From Eledone cirrhosa (Eukaryota), in NCBI GenBank assembly GCA_964016885.1, contig OZ024742.1, forward strand, positions 187,984,001 to 188,048,000: DNA of 64,000 nucleotides, read 5' to 3'. The notes under the pieces are model-generated. The model was not told the origin of the DNA and did not search any database. It saw only the letters and a list, made by a program, of their open reading frames with translations. The position numbers and the translations under genes were made by a program. Positions 29,486-42,903 of this stretch are shown piece by piece (the first letter of the stretch is position 1; every line of letters starts with the position of its first letter).

Positions 29486-30434
29486 AACGTTTTAGTAAAT
29501 AATGCCTTGTTTAAATTGAAGTGCTTCTTGGATTGTTATTATTTCACTTGTGGATGCAGGCCTGGTTGATTGCTTTACAAGTACACTTCAGAATACCGTG
29601 TACTATCCCACTGCGTAAAAACATCTTAAACAAGTGCTTTTACCATGGACTCGGGTTCAGCAAATACGTCTCATATTGTACTGTGTTGATTCTACGCAAA
29701 TATTACGCTAATAATACACATTTTCTTTTTAAATAAACAATCGCATGTTAATTTACGGAACGGACGTTTAGTTGATCTAACGACTGAATGTTCATCGTCG
29801 AAACCGATGAAGGATCACTCTCGTTCACTAACACTACTCCAGCATCACTATCCGATCATCATCAGTAGTCAATTAAGAAATGCGTCACTAAATAACAAAC
29901 CCTATATTTATCTCGTCATATCTACTCAATAGTTGCCACTGATCGAAACATTCGCGTTGGTCCTGTACTATTTGTTACTATATACAGAGATCTATACTCT
30001 AAAATAAAAACATGTATTAATCATGTTTAACTATGGTGTACAGCACAGAAGGAAAACAACTTCGGTTTCCATGCTGTGGTTTTGTGTAGGAAAAAAATAT
30101 ATTGACTTATTGCCCGCTTCAGGTTTCATGGGGTTTTTGGTGTAAATACACTTTTTAACAGTCACTTAACTGTCTCTAAATGTTGTTTACCTAGAAGGGA
30201 GGTAAGCAGTATTTTCAATATAGCACTCAGTTGCTTTCTTTCAATAAACCGATGATATTTACAAGAAACAGAAGAAAGGTAAACATCCAGATACTCTTAT
30301 TTCCTTTCTTATGTAGCTTTGCTGTTGATAATTAAAAGTACAGAAAAGAAATCTGTAATTCCTTCTTTAATCAATAAATGGGGCAACGTTAACTGAGACA
30401 CATACATTGTTTCCTTGGCAATAATTTCATTCTC

Positions 30435-30492
<58 letters not shown>

Positions 30493-30610
30493 CCCTTCCC
30501 CCACACACATATATATAAATATATATACACACATATACATAAACATATATATAAATATATATATATATATATACATACATATATATATAAATATATATAT
30601 ATCTACATAC

Positions 30611-30691
<81 letters not shown>

Positions 30692-31045
30692 CAAATGGAT
30701 ATATGAGGGATGAACACCGATACACGTATACATGTAGTCGAATTGCAAATAACCAAGTTAGCTAGCTGTTCATCCCTTATATATTCAATTGTATGACACG
30801 GCTCGGAAATATTCCCTTCTTTGAGCTATTTAATTGTAAAAGATTATTTCGAGCTTGTAACTCAATATATGATATATATATATATATATATATATAAGAA
30901 TTAAAATACTAGAGTGTGTTGGAGTTAAACACCCTCTTCGTATTATAGAAATGACAGTAAAAGTATAGCTCAATGTAATTAAACAGAGCCGAAGAATTAT
31001 GAAAATAAACCAAAGAAGCCTTCAATACATCAAAAGTCTTTATTA

Positions 31046-31083
31046 GCCAAGAATGTTTCGTCCTATTAAGGACTCATCAGGGC
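31046..31083 (-). ncRNA. Minimal type I hammerhead ribozyme (left arm)
   Basis: GCC-CTGATGA-GTCCT-TAAT-AGGAC-GAAA-CATTCTT-GGC, then AATAAA. Confidence 0.85.
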
Positions 31084-32460
31084 AATTAAAGCTATAAGAA
31101 GCACTATCGGCCAATACAAGCCAAAAACGCAGAAGAATATGGAGTGTATATACATTAAAGCATCGGAAAATATCAAGTAAAAATTGCTAAGGAAGTGAAT
31201 AACATGTTGAACCATATTACAAATATAGTCCAATGCAAAAACTAAAGCTAAACAAAGGTGGTGATATAGAGCGGGAATTATTGTACTATATATAATATAA
31301 TATAATATAATATAATTGATATTAATAATAATAATATTAAAATGCGCAATATACATATATATATATATATACATATGTACACATATATACATATATATCA
31401 ATACACATTTCCATCAATACAAGCACAAACTAACCCTTATTAAGAGTGTATATATAAATAAGAATAATAAGAATAATAAGAATAAAAATAAAGAAAAAAA
31501 TAAAAATAAAAATATAATACATATATTATTTACAGTATAACATGAAGAATAAATGATTAAAAGTAAACATATAATATATAATAAACTATATAATTATATA
31601 ATAGATAATCTCCGGTTAATTTGCACCAACAATATAAATGTTACAATAACACTATAATAACAATATTATAATATAATGGCATATAACTTAACAGATCATA
31701 TAGAGTTAGAGAACGGGTGAGAAAAAAATATTGTACAGAACTAAATTATGTTGGAAAAATTATGTTGGAAAAATATCAAAACCATTGCAAGAAAACAGAT
31801 GGAGGTCAAATTTCTATACAATTGGTGTAAATAAATATTATCCAATCATTACAAAAATTATAAAAATATAAACATATTACAGAATTTACAAAATTTAACA
31901 TAACATAATGGTAAATTTAATAATCGGTAAATAATAAAGATCAGTAGTACGTTTACAAAGAGTGGAATGATATAAAACTTCAATATAAAATATTGAACAT
32001 AGTATAATATACATAATTTCGTGGTTGGTGGACAGACATTTGTGAATAAGTGAATGAGAACCAGACAGAAAACTACGCACGGTAGTATAAATATATAAAT
32101 AAAATCAACCGGAAATCGAAAAACAAAAACAAAAGTATTTACTTCGGTGTCACATGCAGTTAAGTAAAAAATTTAGGAAACAAACCCGGATAAATTACTA
32201 GAAAACCGTTTTAAATTAATTAATATTGAAAGTATTTAAAATACATAATAAGTCAATACAAAATTAGCTATGGTTTAAGTAATAAAAATCTCCAAATTTT
32301 AAGATATTACTATAAAAATATTTGGAAAAGAATGAAATATTCTACTATCAGTTGAATAACGTTATCTAATAAACGGACTTTAAATAGAATTATGGTAGGC
32401 CAATGGGGACAGAAAAAAGAAATGTATGAAGGATACGAAGGAGCATAACATCATAATCAA

Positions 32461-32730
32461 TCTACCTCTTTAGCACACCATATCTGGGATCTTAAGTGGG
32501 CTAATATACCATATAGCCTTAATTGGCGAATAGTAGCACGCTCTAATAACCTTTCAACACATACTAAATTTTGTAATCTCTGTATCCTTGAGACCCACTC
32601 TATAATTTTCTCTAGGAAAACCTTACTTAATAGAAACTCTGAGATATTCTCTTCTTGCCCCCACGCAATTTCAAATTCTTACTTTTATTATAAACCTAAA
32701 GGTTCTAGTAGTGTAAATTGTATCCATTAG
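32461..32730 (+). pseudogene. C-terminal half of a PLE GIY-YIG endonuclease (open frame, no start)
   Basis: Manual translation STSLAHHIWDLKWANIPYSLNWRIVARS..FCNLCILETHSII..LLNRNSEIFSSCPH..* is collinear with the 2407-2823 protein. Confidence 0.88.
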
Positions 32731-33054
32731 CTGCTATATTCCCTTATCTTTTTAGTTTAGGTACATTTTGTTTACCACCAACATTATCATCATTATTATT
32801 ATTGGTTTTTAAAAACTTTTCATTCCAGCTTTCATAGTCTTTTGGCTACCATAATATATCTATCTTCTTAAATATTATATTTTCACTATTAACACCTTAT
32901 GAGTTTATATCTGATTATATATTTTATTTTATATTATTTTATTTTATTTCATTTGGATTCTTCTTTGGATAACTAACCTCCTCCCCCACCCCCACCCCCC
33001 ACACACACTTCTCATTCGCCCCTTCAAATATACTATAATTATATTCAATTCCCT

Positions 33055-33155
33055 TTTATGCTCCTTTCTATTGTATAATACAGTACATTGATTATGATTT
33101 TATGCTCCTTTCTATTGTATGACACAGTATATTGATTATGATTTCATGCTCCTTC
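33055..33155 (+). repeat. About 44-bp tandem repeat (2.3 copies) at the inversion breakpoint
   Basis: ttttatgctcctttctattgtat.a.acagta.attgattatga twice plus a partial copy. Confidence 0.85.
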
Positions 33156-34531
33156 GTATCCCTCATACATTTCTTTTTTCTGTCCCCATTGGCCTACCAT
33201 AATTCTATTTAAAGTCCGTTTATTAGATAACGTTATTCAACTGATAGTAGAATATTTCATTCTTTTCCAGATATTTTTACAGTGATATCTTAAAATTTGG
33301 AGATTTTGATTGCTTAAACCATAGCTAATTTTGTATTGACTTATTATGTAATTTAAATACTTTCAATATTAATTAATTTAAAAGGGTTTTCTAGTAATTT
33401 ATCCGGGTTTGTTTCCTAAATTTTTTACTTAACTGCATGTGACACCGAAGTAAATACTTTTGTTTTTGTTTTTCGATTTCCGGTTGATTTTATTTATATA
33501 TTTATACTACCGTGCGTAGTTTTCTGTCTGGTTCTCATTCACTTATTCACAAATGTCTGTCCACCAACCACGTAATTATGTATATTATACTATGTTCAAT
33601 ATTTTATATTGAAGTTTTATATCATTCCACTCTTTGTAAACGTACTACTGATCTTTATTTACCGATTATTAAATGTACCATTATGTTATGTTAAATTTTG
33701 TAAATTCTGTAATATGTTTATATTTTTATAATTTTTGTAATGCTTGGATAATATTTATTTACACCAATTGTATAGAAATTTGACCTCCATCTGTTTTCTT
33801 GCAATGGTTTTGATATTTTTCCAACATAATTTTTCCAACATAATTTAGTTCTGTACAATATTTTTTCTCACCCGGTCTGTAACTCTATATGATTTGTTAC
33901 GTTATATGCCATTATATTATAATATTGTTATTATAGTGTTATTGTAACATTTATATTGTTGGTGCAAATTAACCGGAGATTATCTATTATATCATTATAT
34001 AGTTGATTATATATTATATGTTTACTTTTAATCATGTATTCTTCATTTTATACTGTAAATAATATATGTATTATATTTTTATTTTTATTTTTATCTTTAT
34101 TTTTATTCTTATTATTCTTATAATTCTTATTTTTATATAAACTCTTAATAAGGGTTAGTTTGTGCTTGTATTGGTGGAAATGTGTATTGATATATATGTA
34201 TATATGTGTACATATGTATATATATATATATATATGTATATTGGGCCTTTGAATATGATTATTATTATTATCAATTATATTATATTATATTATATTATAT
34301 TATATTATATTATATTATATTATATATAGTACAATAATTCCCGCTCTATATCACCACCTTTGTTTAGCTTTAGTTTTTGCATTGGACTATATTTGTAATA
34401 TGGTTCAACATGTTATTCACTTCCTTAGCAATTTTTACTTGATATTTTCCGATGCTTTAATGTATATACACTCCATATTCTTCTGAGTTTTTGGCTTGTA
34501 TTGGCCGATAGTGCTTCTTATAGCTTTAATT

Positions 34532-34569
34532 GCCCTCATGAGTCCTTAATAGGACGAAACATTGTTGGC
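34532..34569 (+). ncRNA. Minimal type I hammerhead (right arm; core G5>C)
   Basis: GCC-CTCATGA-GTCCT-TAAT-AGGAC-GAAA-CATTGTT-GGC-t-AATAAA. Confidence 0.8.
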
Positions 34570-34617
34570 TAATAAAGACTTTTGATGTATTGCAGGCTTC
34601 TTTTTTTTATTTTCATA

Positions 34618-34649
<32 letters not shown>

Positions 34650-34674
34650 GAAATAAAATAAATGAAATAAAATA

Positions 34675-34985
34675 ACAGGAGGCTGGACTGGTGTAAATCC
34701 TTGAAAGGTTTATTATACTCTGATCATTTCAATGACCCGGTTCCATATGAATCCTGTGATATCATAAGGTATTGGAATATAACGAAGGAATATGTAAAAA
34801 ACCATGGTTCCGAACAATCAGAGACAGAGAAGACGACTGACCAACTAGCTTCTCGGCCAGCTGCCCTCAAAATGTTGGCAAATGAAGCTACTAATGAATA
34901 TCTGGTGAGGGGCAGAAGGCTTAAAATGCACTACCACCACTCCGTCAAAGAAGAAGGGGAAGAAAGAAAGAAAGGGAAAAAGATG
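34675..34985 (-). mobile_element. HHR-bearing element family C, decayed copy (HHR 34715-34772, core CTTATGA)
   Basis: Homologous to 39787-39950. Confidence 0.7.
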
Positions 34986-35029
34986 TAGTGTAAGGGTCAT
35001 ACTACATTCATAATACATTATATATATAT

Positions 35030-35147
35030 AATTGTTTCTGCTTTAGGCACAAGGCCAGCAATTACCCAGTACATTACTGGTAATTTATTTTATCGACCTC
35101 GCAAGAATGAAAGGCCAAGTTAACCTCGGCTGGATTTGAACTCAGAG
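35030..35147 (-). mobile_element. SINE family 1, 5'-truncated
   Basis: ggcacaaggccagcaat..ttttatcgacc..tgaaaggc.aagttaacctcggc.ggatttgaactcaga. Confidence 0.85.
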
Positions 35148-35256
35148 GTTAATAATTAATGTAATCTGAGTTTTTCGAATATTAACAATAATATTCGATT
35201 CGTTTTTAATTATGCAAACATCCACTTTTTAAACTCATGTTAGTAGAATGACCCCT

Positions 35257-35319
<63 letters not shown>

Positions 35320-35883
35320 GGGGGTATGTGTGTGTGTGTGTGTGTGTGCGTATGTGCGTATGTGCGTGTGCGTGTGCGTGTGTGTGTGTGTGTGGTGTAT
35401 GAATGAACGTTATACGAATTTATAATTTGTACTTTTCGCATTTTGAAACACAATTTCACCCTTTCGTGGGGCACCTAAATACTTCTCAAGACAAGCCAGT
35501 GTGACAAAGCAACTTGGTTTAAGAACTATTATATCTAATATTATAGTTTTATCTATTTTCTCGACTTCATGTTTTCTATCTAGAAATTACGAGGATAATC
35601 ATATTATATGGAACATATATGGTTTCTACCAATTTTACTTCGAAATATAGTCTACGGTATGAGCGTCCCGTTTATTGATTTCCATGGTTTAGTCAGCCAG
35701 AACGTTTTCCTATGTTCCCATATGCTATGAGGCTAAATAAAGCATTACTCCCGTTCTAACTGGTTTCATAAGAAATGTTCGTTGTATTTTATTATTGTAT
35801 ACTTTATATGTGTGTATATATAAACATAAACAAGGTTCGGTGTGTGTATGTGGTACGCCTGTCGTGTAAATATACACTTACGT

Positions 35884-36190
<307 letters not shown>

Positions 36191-37419
36191 GAGAGAGAAA
36201 CATACATACAAATGCGTGTACGTATATATGTATATATATGTGTGTGTATATATTTATTTACACACATATACATGTGTGTGTGTGTATATTTATTTACACA
36301 CATATACATACAGGCAAATAATAAAGGAAATATCTTGTTCAATATTGTTACTATATTGAATTTTCTTTTGTTATGGTTTACACATAAACACAATATCTCT
36401 GCCTAAAACTCTAGTTGCTTGTTTTGTACCTGAATTTAGCGTAGCTGTTGCAGTAATTGATTGTAGAAAGAAATTTTGCCTGTTTTCATCCGGAATGAGT
36501 TTTTCTCTGACATTTCCCTTCGTGCTATAATATAAACAAAGATATCTGCTTCCATCACACACGCTATGTTATATTTGGTTATCTATCGATATTACATTTT
36601 TCAGCGTGACACTAGCAATATCTACCTCATCAGTCATTTTAATGGTTTCTGTCTTTAGACGGTGGTCACTCTGGGTCATACCCGTCAAGGGATACAGGCG
36701 ATCATATCAATACCAGTTTCATTTTTTAATGTTTAAGTCTTCTGATTTGTTATTGCGAAGATAACATCACACACATCCAGCTATGCATGTAGGAACATAA
36801 TGCTGTATGCACCGAGTCAATTTAGTGTGCTGTAGGCCAGACCTTAAATATATAACGAAGTATTTGATGCGCCATTTTTCTTACAAAATATAATGCAATA
36901 ACAGAGAATAATACAATACACAGAAGTCCCCAGTGATCCGCTGTCAATTGCCCTTCCACTACCTTATTCAAAACAGAAACGTGGAAAGTCAAATCTAATT
37001 TAAATGTGCTCATGTGAATCGATGCGTTGGAGGAAGTAGAACGTCAAATGTTTGGTGTTTAAAAACCCCCGGATAAATAGGATAGCAGTAGGGATTACGT
37101 TGCCCACTGATATTAGGTAATGCGATTTCATGTGGGACAGGACGTTACCGGTTTTACACAGCGTGCTGATGTTTTACAATACTTCAATTTTGGATTATGA
37201 CAAAACATTTCGCTGCATATCAAACTGCAACTGATGGAATCATTTAATGAAGGAGCCGATCAACAGACCGTACCAAGGGTATAATGTTCCATTAATCCTC
37301 CCCTGGCTGATACAATCTAGTGATAGGGGGCAGGATTTCAATTCTGAAATTACAACCATGGAACATATACCGCAGCGCGTCCTCTCCAGATGTTTACCAA
37401 TTTCCCGAATCCACCGGCA

Positions 37420-37550
37420 CTCAACTAGTATTTTGCCTATTTATCGACGCCGAAATGATGAAAGGTAAAGTTGAGATCTGGCATTTGAAAACACAGCAAA
37501 GAGGGTTGATAGATTTACTGAAACATTCAATCCGAAGCTCTATTAATTAT
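37420..37550 (-). mobile_element. Decayed SINE family 1 copy
   Basis: tttatcgacgccgaaatgatgaaaggtaaagttga..atttgaa. Another weak copy lies at about 38060-38190. Confidence 0.55.
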
Positions 37551-37621
37551 AGTGACCGGACCTATTCACTGGAGAAAAATGTTAAGCTTCTATATTTGTT
37601 TCCTAAATACGCTTCTTGAAG

Positions 37622-37962
37622 GGTTATTGGAGTCACTGTATGACGGTGAAATGTTTGTTGGGGCCACGATGTGTTGGTGAAAGGATTCATGAAGTCATTG
37701 TGTCGATGTGAAAGGATTGTATTGGTTACGGTTTTGTAGACACCGAATACTAGTGGGGGAAAATTGTTGGGGCCCATGATGTTGCGAGTAAAGGACTGTT
37801 ACAATCATTCTGTCGTTGGGAAATATTTGATGAGGTTACAGTGTTGTAGGGAAATAATATTGGGGCCACAGTGTGATGATGAATAGATACGTGGGAGAAT
37901 TTTCTAATGGTTAAACAATTGTGGGGGCCATGGTGTGGTAGTGAAAGTATTGTTGGCGCCGC
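37622..37962 (+). repeat. Degenerate minisatellite of about 31 bp
   Basis: Recurrent unit approximately gttggggccacagtgtgttggtgaaaggatt. Confidence 0.6.
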
Positions 37963-38854
37963 TCGTTTTCTGGCGCCTTCATATAGTCGATTCCGAGAGA
38001 GAGAGAGAGAGGGAGAGAGAAAGGGAGATAGAGAGAGGGGGGTAATTACCATGCCTGTGTGTTAATTCATCTGTCGACACCAAAAGGCCAAGTAAGCTTC
38101 AACGGGATTTGAAAGTAAAGCACAGTTCACTGCTCTTTTGAATCTATATACGACATACACTGACAGCTATCTAATCGTCTAGAATCTTCTATTAATATCG
38201 ATTTTTTTCCATAATCAAGACAATATATATGGATACTTTAACATAATTAAATTTTAGCGTTATTTACTTTGATTACAAAATACATTAAACATGATAATGT
38301 TGTTATTTCGTTTAGGAATTCTCTTTAAAGAACTCGTCTTATTTATATTTTATATGCCAGAATGTATTATGATCACTATTTGAAGTCAGAACTTTAGGCT
38401 TCAAATAGACTATAAACCTATCTGTTGGTGCACTGTTTCACGAGTAAACTTCACACGCAACTATTAGCAAAGTCATTAGCTGCAGCGAAACAAATAGATA
38501 AATATATACCATATCATTGGCTCGTGTTTGTTTATCCATGTTCTTTAAAGCAAAGAGATACGGCTCATATCGATGGCTAAAATTCAATTAAAGCATTGCA
38601 TTTCAGTTACTTTGTAGTTTAGAAATCTGAAATTGCTTGTAATTTACTTTATTCTGATTTTCAAAGGTTTTATTTGTTTATTTGCGTATAAACAGTTAGC
38701 CATTTATTTAAACTTCTTATTAAAAGCGTTAATCAATAGGCCTTTTGGCATTCATTATCTTCCTTCCATTTCTGCTTTCATTTCTATATTCTCTTTATCT
38801 TATCAACTCATAAGACAGAGACACATACGAATATACTGTATCTCTCCCCCCCCC

Positions 38855-38966
<112 letters not shown>

Positions 38967-39049
38967 GTCTTATGTTGTTTATTACATACCTAAATAGCTC
39001 TATAGCCTGCATAGAGCACTCTCCTTTCATTTACCTTTCCTACGGAAAC

Positions 39050-39780
<731 letters not shown>

Positions 39781-41204
39781 GAAATGACAGGAGGCTGGAT
39801 TTGTGTAAATCCTTGAAAGGTTTATTATACTATGATCATTTCAATGACCGGGTTCCGTATGAATCCGGTGATATCATCAGGTATTCGAAATATAATACGT
39901 GAATGTAATAGGTAAAATCCATGGGGCTGAAAATTGAGACCCGAGGGCGACCGCTATTCTGTTCCTTCAACCTCAGCCGGTTGCCCTGGAGTGACGTGGC
40001 TAAATTTTATAGTATGCTACTACCGGTCAGATAAGCGAAAACAGAAAGGGATGGGAGCATAAGTTAACGTCGATCTCATGACACAAGGTAAAAGAAAGAA
40101 AGAAAGAAAGAAAGGAAGGAGAGAGAAGAAGGGGGAAGAAAGAAGAAGAGAAGCCAGGGTTAATCTTAGCTAAAAGAAGAAAGGCAACTACTACCGGTCA
40201 GATATAGGCAAGCAAGAGGGGGAAGGAAGATAAGTCGGCGGGGGAAGACAGGAGGAGGGGAGAAGAGAAGGAAGGGAAGGGAGAAGTAGAAAAGTAAGGG
40301 TTGATGGCTACAAGAAGGAAGATAGAAAGAAAGAGGAAGAAAGGTCGATATTAATGTCAGACCACAGTCAAGCCAGGAGTGGCGCGAGAAAATGTTCACA
40401 GGGACCCGCATCTTAGCAGAGGTAAATATATTGGGAGTCAGTGTGTTACAGTGTTTAGACTTCTAGGATGAAGTTAAAAAAATTAATAATCAATATTCAA
40501 TATTAAAGAGGTTAGAAAATTTAAAGTTCAACAGTTTAACATTTAATTATATAATAGTTCCGATTTGTTCTGTAATTTAAAGGTACTATGTGGCGGTTAA
40601 AACACCGGCCGCGCCCCGGGCCCTATGGCGAATTAAGCTACGCCGAGTATTTTCATTTACTGAAAGAAGGGGAAATTTATTTTTCTTCCAAGCACTCCAG
40701 GTGAGCTCGTTCGCCAGGAAGCTGGTCGCGCCGCCATTAAAACCCACCCAACAGTCCGACAGAAAGTTGGAACTTTAAAATTTTGCTGAGAGAAGTAAAA
40801 GAGTAATGGTTGATAGCTACAAGAAGAGAGAAGTAGAAAAGTAAGGGTTGATGGCTACAAGAAGGAAGATAGAAAGAAAGAGGAAGAAATGTCGATATTA
40901 TTGTCAGACCACAGTCAAGCCAGGAGTGGCGCGAGAAAATGTTCACAGGGATCCGCATCTTAGCAGAGGTGAATAAATTTGGAGTCAGTGTGTTACAGTG
41001 TTTGGACTTCTAGGATGAAGTTAAAAAAATTCATAATCAATATTCAATATTAAAGAGGTTAGAAAATTTAAAGCTCAACAGTTTAACATTTAATTATATA
41101 ATAGTTCCGATTTGTTCTGCAATTTAAAGGTACTATGTGGCGGTGAAAACACCGGCCGCGCCCCGGGCCCCATGGCGAATTAAGCTACGCCGAGTATTTT
41201 CATT
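39781..41204 (-). mobile_element. Non-coding element (family C) with terminal HHR and internal 377-bp direct repeats at 547-bp period
   Basis: HHR at 39827-39884(-). Repeats at 40281-40657 and 40828-41204. (TA)n on both flanks. Confidence 0.75.
39827..39884 (-). ncRNA. Type I hammerhead ribozyme with intact core
   Basis: ATAC-CTGATGA-TATCACCGGATTC-ATACG-GAACCCGGTCATT-GAAA-TGATCA-TA-GTAT-AATAAA. Stem III is the palindrome TGATCA. Confidence 0.82.
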
Positions 41205-41220
41205 ATATATATATATATAT

Positions 41221-41280
<60 letters not shown>

Positions 41281-41540
41281 TTCTATATATATATATATAT
41301 TTCTAGCGGCACGTAGAACCATTATCCAGTTCGAAGGCTCCCACTGGACCAGAACCAACCGTCCTGATAACCTCGATGTCACGATGGGGTCCAGCGACTC
41401 AGCGCAAGCAACTGACCTGAGTTACCTCCCTTGACCTGCTGCAAAATCAAAACAAGATATTTTTGCGAGCAATGAATCTTGATGTAGATTTAACCCCCAA
41501 AACTCTTTCCGAACTATATATGGAACACTTGTGATTATTT

Positions 41541-41583
41541 ATGCCCTTGAGAAGCCCAACTGGGCGAAACGTACGTAGGTGAT
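41541..41583 (+). ncRNA. Hammerhead variant with U3:A8 core in element about 41303-41790
   Basis: cc-TTGAGAA-GCCCA-AC-TGGGC-GAAA-CGTACG-TA-gg, with AATAAA about 7 nt downstream. Stem I is weak. Confidence 0.7.
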
Positions 41584-41794
41584 ATTTTAAATAAACATGT
41601 TTTAACGGTCTATTCTCCGATTTTTTACTTTCCCACGTGCTTACGCTCTGCTAACTCTCTAGCCCACTAAATATTAACACTTCTAATATTGAATACTGCC
41701 GGCACTAGTATCGAGCACTTTTGGCATACGCTACTTGGCAAATAACTATATGTATCACCTATCCCTCCTTTTTCTCACTTTCTCGATACGTAAA

Positions 41795-42475
<681 letters not shown>

Positions 42476-42476
<1 letters not shown>

Positions 42477-42720
42477 TATGTTCAAATCGTAAGGGATCTG
42501 ATTCGCTAAGGTGAAAAGAATACAAATTATAGACAATGGGTTCGCTTGTCACATTTTATGAAAAAATTAAGAAAATAAATACGAACCGGATAGTTACCAC
42601 AATTCACGTTTGTATTTATTTTCTTAATTTTTTTTAAATTGAGACAAGCGAACCCAATTGTCTATATTTAGTATTCTTTTCACCTTAGCGAATCAGGTCC
42701 CTTACGATTTGACCACATAT
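42476..42720. repeat. Fold-back element with about 110-bp arms (42476-42586 and 42608-42720)
   Basis: tcaaatcgtaagggatctgattcgctaaggtgaaaagaatac.. followed by its reverse complement. Confidence 0.85.
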
Positions 42721-42903
42721 ATCTATATATCCGTGTTCGTTTTTCTTTTGTATTCTATTATAATAAACGGCTCTGCAATATCTCTTCCTTGGTGCTATTT
42801 TGTTGTAAGAGACTACTTTGAGTTCCTAACTCAATATATACCTTTAATATATATATATATGTATATACATATACATATATATACATATATATTATTATTA
42901 TTA

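Larger units (their letters stand above)
30897..34619 (+). mobile_element. 5'-truncated PLE forming a giant inverted repeat (arms 30996-32461 and 33131-34619)
   Basis: Near-identical inverted arms (mirror ORFs MRSFLSGSHS.. at 31895- and 33512+). GIY-YIG C-terminus in the spacer, HHR near both outer ends, (TA)n on both flanks. Confidence 0.9.

Noticed and set aside
31895-33694. Mirror 60-61-aa ORFs MRSFLSGSHS..
   Set aside because: They are a by-product of the inverted repeat, with non-ATG starts and an indel between the arms.
40390-40425. CTAAGA-TGCGGG..CCTGT-GAAC on the minus strand of both 377-bp repeats
   Set aside because: Both core motifs deviate identically in both copies and stems I and III are missing.
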